A DNA stretch of 32,191 nt. Origin: Anaerolineae bacterium. Lineage in GTDB: Bacteria; Chloroflexota; Anaerolineae; S140-20. Of this stretch, positions 25,803 through 32,191 are shown one piece after another. Under the pieces are notes generated by a model. It was not told the DNA's origin, made no database searches, and worked only from the letters and a program-made list of their open reading frames with translations. A program made the translations under genes and the position numbers. Location of the stretch: assembly GCA_027021705.1 (NCBI GenBank), contig JALUTT010000107.1, positions 1 through 32,191 on the forward strand, in the 5' to 3' direction. Every line of letters begins with the position of its first letter. Position 1 is the first letter of the stretch.

Positions 25803-26250
25803 CCGTCCCCTCCTCTCCCACAGAACGCTCGAACTGGTCCAGATAGCTCAGGATGCGCCGGCGCAGACCATCCCGCACCTCTCGGAAGACGGCCAGCCGC
25901 TGGGCCTCGCTGCCCGTCGCCGCCGCCGGGTCCGGGAAGCCGATGTGCACCCGCCGGCCGCGCCCCAGCCAGACGGGGCAGTTCCGGTCGGCGTCGTCGC
26001 AGACGGTGATGACCAGGTCGAACTGGGCATCCCGGAACTCGTCCACCGACTTGGAGCGCTGGGTGCCGATCTCCACCCCCAGCTCGGCCATCGCCCGTAT
26101 GGCCAGGGGGTGGACGTAGCCGGCCGGTTTCGTGCCTGCCGAGTGGGCCTCCCACCGGTCGCCTCGGAAGTGGTTGACCAGCCCCTCGGCCATCTGGCTC
26201 CGGGCCGAGTTGCCGGTGCAGAGGAAGAGCACACGCCCCTTGCGGCTCAT
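25792..26250 (-). CDS. arsC: Thioredoxin-type arsenate reductase (LMW-PTP fold)
   Basis: [27 protein letters not shown] (resolving Cys pair), FPDPA, FREVRD. Confidence 0.9.
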   Translation of the reverse strand: MSRKGRVLFLCTGNSARSQMAEGLVNHFRGDRWEAHSAGTKPAGYVHPLAIRAMAELGVEIGTQRSKSVDEFRDAQFDLVITVCDDADRNCPVWLGRGRRVHIGFPDPAAATGSEAQRLAVFREVRDGLRRRILSYLDQFERSVGEEGTDDP

Positions 26251-27017
26251 CCGAACCTTCCCGTGATGTAGTCTTCGGTGCGCTTATCCTTGGGATTGGT
26301 GAAGATCTGGTCGGTCGGCCCGTACTCGACCAGGACGCCGGCCCGGTCCTCGCCCATCATCAGGAAGGCGGTGTAATCGGAGACCCGGGCGGCCTGCTGC
26401 ATGTTGTGGGTCACGACGACGATGGTGTAGGTCTGGGCCAGCTCCCGCATCAGGTCCTCGATGCGCAGGGTGGCGATGGGGTCCAGGGCGGAGGCCGGCT
26501 CGTCCATCAGGAGGACCTCCGGCTCCACGGCCAGGGCCCGGGCGATGCAGAGCCGTTGTTGCTGACCGCCGGAGAGGGCGGTGCCCGGCTCGTGCAGCTT
26601 GTCCTTGACCTCGTCCCAGAGGGCCGCCTGGCGCAGGGAGCGTTCCACCCGCTCTTCCAGGTCGGGCACACGCCCCCAGTGGCCAAGCCGCAGCCCCGCC
26701 GCCACGTTGTCGAAGATGGACATCGTGGGGAAGGGGTTGGGGCGCTGAAAGACCATCCCCACCCGGCGTCGGACCTGCACCGGGTCCACCTCCGGGGCGT
26801 AGATGTCCTCCCCGTCCAGGAGCACCCGCCCGCGCATCCAGGCCCCCCGCACTTCCTCGTGCATCCGGTTCAGGCAGCGCAGGAGGGTGGACTTGCCCGA
26901 CCCCGAGGGGCCGATGATGGCGGTGACCTTGTTGGGCACGATGGTGAGGGTGATGTCGCGGATGGCAGTGAACCCGCCGAACCCGGCGCTGAGGTTCTCG
27001 ATGGACATTCCTCGCAT
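26247..27017 (-). CDS. pstB: Phosphate ABC transporter ATPase PstB
   Basis: [45 protein letters not shown] 27017 overlaps the upstream stop (TGATG). Confidence 0.96.
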   Translation of the reverse strand: MRGMSIENLSAGFGGFTAIRDITLTIVPNKVTAIIGPSGSGKSTLLRCLNRMHEEVRGAWMRGRVLLDGEDIYAPEVDPVQVRRRVGMVFQRPNPFPTMSIFDNVAAGLRLGHWGRVPDLEERVERSLRQAALWDEVKDKLHEPGTALSGGQQQRLCIARALAVEPEVLLMDEPASALDPIATLRIEDLMRELAQTYTIVVVTHNMQQAARVSDYTAFLMMGEDRAGVLVEYGPTDQIFTNPKDKRTEDYITGRFG

Positions 27018-28198
27018 CAGAAGCTCCCCTTGCGGTGGCGAGAAGGCAGCACTACGGTGAAGCGCACCCGGTTCGCGTCGAAGCGGGGCGGTGCGGACCC
27101 CAACGCCTCCATCTCCCGGCGGATGCGGATCAAGCCTCGGCCCACTTCCTCCATGTAGCCCCACTCCCGGAGCACCCGGGCGATGATCGGATTGCGGGGG
27201 TAGGAGGCCCCGCCCCGTTGGGTGATCTCCTCCAGCGTCAGGTCGGGCGGAAGCCCCCCTGGGTTGGTGACCTCCAGCCGGTCGGTGAAGATGCGCAACA
27301 GGATGCGCCCGGTGCTGCTGTAATCCCGATGAGCCACGGCGTTGGTCAACACCTCCCGGACGGCTCCCAGGGGATACTCCGGCAGGTCGCGTCGGCGGGC
27401 CGACGTATCCTCCTCGAAGAGGGCCGCGACGCGCATGTTGCGCCGCACGAAGGCCAGGGCCTGCTCGATGAGCCGGTCTGCCGTGCCCTCCAGGTCCGCC
27501 CGGTCTACGATGGGATCCGTTAACTCGGTGCCGTGGATCCGTACAGCGCCCAGCCCCCATTGGGGGCGCTCTCGCTGTGGGTCCAACCCGAACAGGATGA
27601 GGCCGGCCACGGTGGGGACCACGCGCCCGGCCTCCCGCCGGGCCAACCCCCAACTCACGGCCACGTCCGAAGGGCGCAGGCCGTTGATCTGAATCGCCCC
27701 CGGTGCACGCCGTTCGATGTATGCTTGGAGTCGGGCCAGGTTCAGGTCCTCCAGGCTGGATTCGGCCACCGGCGTGCGCTCGTACTCGGTGTAGCTGCTC
27801 TCCAGACTCAGGCGTCGGAGTTCATCGGGTCGGGCACGCCGGGTCGTGGCGCCGGCCCGCACGTAGCAGATGTCGTTGGCCGTGTAGGGCTTCTGGGTTC
27901 CCTCCGGCACGCGGATGAGGAGGAGCGTTTTTCCCTCGCCGGTGACGACCTCGGTCTGGGGTGTCAGGGCCGGCTTGATGCCGGTGCGGCAAAGGCCCAT
28001 CACCCGGTCGGCGATCCGACGGGGGTCGTCCACGCCCACCGGGGTTCCATCGTCTGCCACACCGACGAGGATCACCCCGCCGCTGCCGTTGGCGAAGGCG
28101 ACGATCTCCCGGGCGATGGCCGTCGTGAAGTCCTCTTTGAACTCGACCGTTGGCCCTTCGCCTTGGTCAATGAGGTGGCGGACCTCCGAGCTCTTCAT
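27017..28198 (-). CDS. Schlafen/AlbA_2 + HATPase_c_4 domain protein
   Basis: [68 protein letters not shown]. Confidence 0.88.
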   Translation of the reverse strand: MKSSEVRHLIDQGEGPTVEFKEDFTTAIAREIVAFANGSGGVILVGVADDGTPVGVDDPRRIADRVMGLCRTGIKPALTPQTEVVTGEGKTLLLIRVPEGTQKPYTANDICYVRAGATTRRARPDELRRLSLESSYTEYERTPVAESSLEDLNLARLQAYIERRAPGAIQINGLRPSDVAVSWGLARREAGRVVPTVAGLILFGLDPQRERPQWGLGAVRIHGTELTDPIVDRADLEGTADRLIEQALAFVRRNMRVAALFEEDTSARRRDLPEYPLGAVREVLTNAVAHRDYSSTGRILLRIFTDRLEVTNPGGLPPDLTLEEITQRGGASYPRNPIIARVLREWGYMEEVGRGLIRIRREMEALGSAPPRFDANRVRFTVVLPSRHRKGSF

Positions 28199-28232
28199 CG
28201 GGCTCTCCCAAGGGGTTCTGGTGATGAAGGTG

Positions 28233-29066
28233 CTAACGCCGCCGACCGACGTAGCGGACCAGCAGGCTGGCGACGAGGACGAGGGCGGTCAGGACCAGCC
28301 CGATCCCCCAGGCTTTGGTGTGCCAGTCCTCGTAGGGCGAGATGGCGTAGGTGAAGAGGGTATGGGGGAGGGTGGCGATGGGCTGGGAGATGTCGGTGTT
28401 CCAGAAGGGGTTGCCGAAGGCGGTGAAGAGCAGCGGGGCCGTCTCACCGGCCACGCGGGCGATGGCCAGGACCACCCCGGTGAGCACCCCCCCGGCCGCC
28501 GTGGGCAGGACCACGCTCACCGTCGTCCGCCAGCGGGAGATCCCCAAGGCCAGGGCCCCCTCCCGCAGGTCTCGGGGGACCAGTTGCAGCACCTCCTCCG
28601 TCGTGCGGGTGATGGCCGGCAGCATCATCACCCCCAGGGCGAAGCCCCCCGAGAGGGCCGAGAAGTGGCCCTGACGGGCGACGATGAGACCGTAGGCGAA
28701 GATGCCCATCACGATGGACGGGACGCCGGCCAGCACGTCGGCCAGGTAGCGGACCAGGTCGCCGAAGCGGTTGTCGCCGAACTCGCTCAGGTAGATGCCG
28801 GCCCCCAACCCGATGGGCAGGGCGAAGAGGGTCGCCAGGCCGACGACGATGAAGGTGCCCACGATGGCGTTGGCGATGCCGCCCCCGGGCACCCCCACGG
28901 GCGTGGGCAGGCGCAGGAAGAAGTCGGCGTTGAGGGCGGCGAAGCCGTTGACCGCCACGTAGCCCAGCACGGCGACCAACGCCAGGACGGAGAGGGCCGT
29001 GCTGAGGGCAGCGACCCCGACCATCAGGTGGTTGACGAAGCGACGCCAGCGGTAGGACTTCCTCAC
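28233..29066 (-). CDS. pstA: Phosphate ABC permease PstA
   Basis: GGGIANAIVGT, LAGVPSIVMG, REGALALG, ARVAGETAPLLFT; GTG 29066 overlaps the pstC stop. Confidence 0.95.
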   Translation of the reverse strand: MRKSYRWRRFVNHLMVGVAALSTALSVLALVAVLGYVAVNGFAALNADFFLRLPTPVGVPGGGIANAIVGTFIVVGLATLFALPIGLGAGIYLSEFGDNRFGDLVRYLADVLAGVPSIVMGIFAYGLIVARQGHFSALSGGFALGVMMLPAITRTTEEVLQLVPRDLREGALALGISRWRTTVSVVLPTAAGGVLTGVVLAIARVAGETAPLLFTAFGNPFWNTDISQPIATLPHTLFTYAISPYEDWHTKAWGIGLVLTALVLVASLLVRYVGRRR

Positions 29067-30010
29067 AGCCGTCCTCCTCGTCGTCCGCCCTCCATCCGCC
29101 AGACCAGCAGCCGGGCCAGCCCGTTGAGGATCAGCGTGATGACGAAGAGGACCAGGCCCAGCTCGATGAGCACGGAGATGTAGAGGTCCGAGGTGGCCTC
29201 GGTGAACTCGTTGGCGATCTGGCTGGCGAGGGTGTAGGCGGGGTTGAAGAGGCAAGCGGAGACCTGGGGGCGGTTGCCGATCACCATCGTCACCGCCATC
29301 GTCTCCCCCACGGCCCGGCCCAGGGCCAGCATCAGGCCGCCGACGATGCCGGAGCGGGCGTAGGGGACGACGGCCCGCCAGATGGTCTCCCAGCGGGTCG
29401 CCCCCAGGGCTAGCATCGCCTCCCGCTGGTCGTTGGGCACGGCCCGGAGCACATCCCGGGCCACGGCGGTGGTGTAGGGGAGGATCATCACGGCCAGGAT
29501 GAGGACGGCGGCCAACATCCCGAAGCCCAAGGGGGCACAGGAGAAGAGGGGAAGGCTCCCCAGCGCGTCGTGCAGCCCCCGCTCGACCGGATCGCGCAGG
29601 ATGGGGACCAGGACGTAGATGCCCCACAAGCCGTAGACGACGCTGGGGATGGAGGCCAGCAGCTCGACTAGGAAGGAGAGGGGGGCGTCCAGCCAAGGTG
29701 GGGCCAGTTCGGTCAGGAAGATGGCAGAGAGGAGGCCAACGGGGCCGGCGATGGCTAGGGCCAAGAGGGAGGAGACCAACGTGCCGTAGATGGCGGGCAG
29801 CGCTCCGAAGGTCTCCGTGATGGGGTTCCAGTCCTGGGCCACCAGGAAACCCAGGCCGAAGCGGGAGAGCCCCGGCAGGGAGTCGCCGAGGAGCCGGTAG
29901 ACCAGGAGGAGGACGATCAGCAGGACGGTGGCGGCCATCAGCCAGGCCCATCCCTGGAAGAGGGCATCCCCCAGATTACGGGGCCGACGGCGTTGTTGCC
30001 TTTGGAGCAT
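29063..30010 (-). CDS. pstC: Phosphate ABC permease PstC
   Basis: FGALPAIYGT, ELLASIPSVVYGLWG, LGRAVGETMAVTMVIGN. Confidence 0.95.
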   Translation of the reverse strand: MLQRQQRRRPRNLGDALFQGWAWLMAATVLLIVLLLVYRLLGDSLPGLSRFGLGFLVAQDWNPITETFGALPAIYGTLVSSLLALAIAGPVGLLSAIFLTELAPPWLDAPLSFLVELLASIPSVVYGLWGIYVLVPILRDPVERGLHDALGSLPLFSCAPLGFGMLAAVLILAVMILPYTTAVARDVLRAVPNDQREAMLALGATRWETIWRAVVPYARSGIVGGLMLALGRAVGETMAVTMVIGNRPQVSACLFNPAYTLASQIANEFTEATSDLYISVLIELGLVLFVITLILNGLARLLVWRMEGGRRGGRL

Positions 30011-30028
30011 TCGCTTCTCCTCAGAAGC

Positions 30029-30430
30029 TCACCAGATGGTCTCCAGTCCGGCCAGCCGGATCTTCCGATCCCGGCTGATGAGGGGCACGCCCAGGTGCAG
30101 GGCTGTGGCTGCGATGATCCGGTCGGGCATATCGGGAACCTGGTCTCTAGGGACATAAGCCACCGCTGTGGCGACTGCGGCGGTCAAGTCGGCGATCGTC
30201 AAGCCGGTGTTTCCCCGTTGAAGTGCTGTGTCGAACAGGTCCTTCAAAGTCGCCGGGATCCGCCCCTTCTCTTGAAGGTATAGGATCTCAACAAGGCAGA
30301 TGGTAGGGACATAGATGATGCCTTCTCCCCGGTCACAGGCGTCGAAGGCGAGACCGGCTGCCGGGCCCAGACGCGGATCATCCGTCAGGTACCAGATCAG
30401 GGCGTGGGTGTCCGTCACCATATCGGACAT
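30029..30430 (-). CDS. vapC: PIN-domain (VapC-family) toxin
   Basis: DTHALIWY, ICLVEI, DMPDRIIAATA, LISRD; ATG 30430 overlaps the antitoxin stop (TGATG). Confidence 0.9.
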   Translation of the reverse strand: MSDMVTDTHALIWYLTDDPRLGPAAGLAFDACDRGEGIIYVPTICLVEILYLQEKGRIPATLKDLFDTALQRGNTGLTIADLTAAVATAVAYVPRDQVPDMPDRIIAATALHLGVPLISRDRKIRLAGLETIW

Positions 30431-30669
30431 CAGATGTCCTCCCGTGGGAAGTTCTGCCACATCTCACGGCGGATTTCGGCAATGTCCTCCTCTGTGATCT
30501 CCAAGCCGCGCCACAGACCCCGCAGGGACTTACGAGGGGGCGGTTGGACGACGACCAGTGCCCGCTCGATCTCCGGTGCCAGCCGTTCGATCAGACGGAC
30601 CTGGTCCCGGGCGGGGAGTTGCCGGGCCAGCGTCAGCACCTCCTCCAACGTGACCACCTTCTCCTTCAT
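30430..30669 (-). CDS. Putative type II antitoxin
   Basis: 79 aa directly upstream of the PIN gene and coupled to it; SLRGLW...ITEEDIAEIRREMW tail; GGAGG RBS. Confidence 0.8.
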   Translation of the reverse strand: MKEKVVTLEEVLTLARQLPARDQVRLIERLAPEIERALVVVQPPPRKSLRGLWRGLEITEEDIAEIRREMWQNFPREDI

Positions 30670-30690
30670 AAGCGACCTCCTCGCTAAACC

Positions 30691-31770
30691 CTACTCCTCC
30701 AGGATCGGCTTTCCCCCCTCACAGGTGAGCGTCTGGAGCCGATCCAGCACCCTCTGCTCCACCCGGCTCCCCAGAGGGGCGTAGAGCAGCTCCCGGGCGT
30801 AGACGTCGCCTTCGGTCAGCGCCCAGCGGAGGAATTCTACCATCTTCCGGGCCTTCACGCAATCGGGCATGTCCTGATAGAGCAAGATGAAGGTGTAGCC
30901 GGCGATGGGGTAGGAGGCCTCGCCCGGCGCGTTGACCAGGAGCTGGCCCATATCCTCCGGCATCTGGTCACTGTAGGCGTCGGAGGCGGCGGTGATGCTC
31001 TCCAGGGTCGGCTCGACGAAGGTGCCGGCCCGGTTCTGGAGGAAAGCGTAGGCGAGGCCGTTCTGCACGGCATAGGCCAACTCGACGTAGCCCAGGCTAC
31101 CCGGCTGCTGCCGGATGATGCCGGCCACCCCCTCGTTCCCCTTGCCTCCCAGGCCCACCGGCCATTCCACCGACTTCCCGGCCCCGACCTCCTGCTCCCA
31201 CGTCGGGCTGACCAGGCTCAGGTAGTTGGTGAACAGGAAGGTGGTCCCGGAGCCGTCGGAGCGGTGGGCCACGACGATCTCCTGGTCGGGCAGGGCCAGG
31301 TCCGGGTTCAGCGCCGTCAGCCGGGGGTCGTTCCAGCGGGTGACCCGACCCAGGAAGATGTCGGCCAGGAGGTCGGGCGAGAGCTTCAGCCCCTTGGGGA
31401 TGGGGTTGCCCTGGGCATCCTGGAGGTTGTAGACGATGACCACGCCGCCGGCCACCGTGGGGAAGAGCCGCAGGTCTGGGGCCGCTGCCTTCTCCTCCTC
31501 GGTCAGGATCGCGTCCGATGCCCCAAAGTCCACCGTCCTGGCCATGATCTGGCGGATGCCGCCGCCGGAGCCGATGGACTGGTAGTTGAAGCGGACGGTG
31601 GGGTCTACAGCGGTGTACTCGTAGAACCAGCGGGAGTAGAGGGGGAAGGGGAAAGTCGCTCCGGCGCCGGTGATCTGGACGGTGCCTGTTGGAGCGGAGG
31701 AACCGCCGCCACAAGCGGTCAGGATCAGCGTGAAGATGAGGATCAGGCCCAGCAGGGGTAGGTTGCGCAT
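30691..31770 (-). CDS. pstS: Phosphate-binding lipoprotein PstS
   Basis: Lipobox LILTAC, GAGATFP, YQSIGSGGG, DFGASD, HRSDGSGTT; ATG 31770 after AAGGAGG. Confidence 0.96.
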   Translation of the reverse strand: MRNLPLLGLILIFTLILTACGGGSSAPTGTVQITGAGATFPFPLYSRWFYEYTAVDPTVRFNYQSIGSGGGIRQIMARTVDFGASDAILTEEEKAAAPDLRLFPTVAGGVVIVYNLQDAQGNPIPKGLKLSPDLLADIFLGRVTRWNDPRLTALNPDLALPDQEIVVAHRSDGSGTTFLFTNYLSLVSPTWEQEVGAGKSVEWPVGLGGKGNEGVAGIIRQQPGSLGYVELAYAVQNGLAYAFLQNRAGTFVEPTLESITAASDAYSDQMPEDMGQLLVNAPGEASYPIAGYTFILLYQDMPDCVKARKMVEFLRWALTEGDVYARELLYAPLGSRVEQRVLDRLQTLTCEGGKPILEE

Positions 31771-31807
31771 ACTTTCCTCCTTCAGGATTGTGCGGTGACC
31801 TGCTCTC

Positions 31808-31836
31808 ACTATATCACGTCCCCTACCCGGTGTCAA
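31808..31836 (-). promoter_or_regulatory. sigma70-type promoter of pstS
   Basis: TTGACA(31836-31831)-17-TATAGT(31813-31808) with an extended -10 TG. Confidence 0.75.
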
Positions 31837-31838
31837 CC

Positions 31839-32030
31839 CTCAGGCCCTGGTGATTACCCACAAGTGAGCGAGAGAGTGGTCCATAGCGGGCCATCCACGA
31901 ATTTCTCACAAATGCACGAATGAGGCGGTCCTTAATTCGTGTATTCGTGCCCCATTCGTGGACGGCCAGTCTCCCTATCTCCAAAGATATGGGTAATCAC
32001 CGCTCAGGCCCTGGTGATTACCCATATCTT
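31839..32030. mobile_element. MITE/REP-like non-coding element with nested inverted repeats
   Basis: 22-bp direct repeat CTCAGGCCCTGGTGATTACCCA at 31839 and 32003; inverted copy TGGGTAATCACC at 31990-32001; inner CACGAAT/ATTCGTG inverted array at 31889-31966. Confidence 0.55.
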
Positions 32031-32191
32031 GGCGGTCTGCGGTCGTCCAGAGTGGGACCAGAAACGCGAGCGTATCGAGTTGGGGACCTACAGGTAGCCG
32101 AAATGGGCTCTGGGCTTCGTAAAATGGTCGAAAAAGGGGGGGGAGCTTGCCCATAATGAATTTGAGCCAACCCGCGAAATAGGGTACAATG

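Noticed and set aside
22594..26250. A classical arsenic-resistance operon (arsA + arsC)
   Set aside because: The ATPases have no Cys, there is no arsR/arsD/arsB/acr3, and arsC belongs to the pst operon, separated by phoU, a terminator and a promoter
26247..27653. 468-aa PstB and 572-aa PstA (28233-29951) with long N-terminal extensions
   Set aside because: The extensions are off-frame overlaps with upstream genes; coupled starts exist at 27017 and 29066
31920..32156. 78-aa ORF
   Set aside because: Runs through the repeat element, with no RBS or recognisable motif

Overview
High-GC bacterial DNA, probably Chloroflexota/Anaerolineae (inferred from the C-terminal 'VFLPLVMR' tail on the protease, the Pro/Thr-rich lipoprotein linker and the gene content). 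From left to right: the truncated 5' end of a possible transposase; a large secreted S8 protease behind a long structured leader; Uma2 endonuclease-thrC-RNase Z-like genes; an RsbW/RsbV/RsbU-like partner-switching module with no sigma factor; an exonuclease-fused DinG; a SagB-type nitroreductase remnant; and a liv-type ABC transporter whose lipoprotein has two almost nucleotide-identical binding domains. Next is a six-gene uncharacterised cluster (20827-24888) and a pstSCAB-arsC-phoU operon interrupted by a PIN toxin-antitoxin pair and a Schlafen/AlbA_2 gene, followed by a MITE-like repeat. The best candidate for a new system is the six-gene cluster. It has two Cys-free ArsA/Get3-family ATPases with reciprocally degenerate switch motifs, two paralogous small hydrophobic proteins, and a membrane-anchored protein that by eye resembles eukaryotic CCDC47 (PAT complex/DUF1682). 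This suggests a bacterial membrane-protein targeting or chaperone module. All family calls come from motif recognition; no searches were run.
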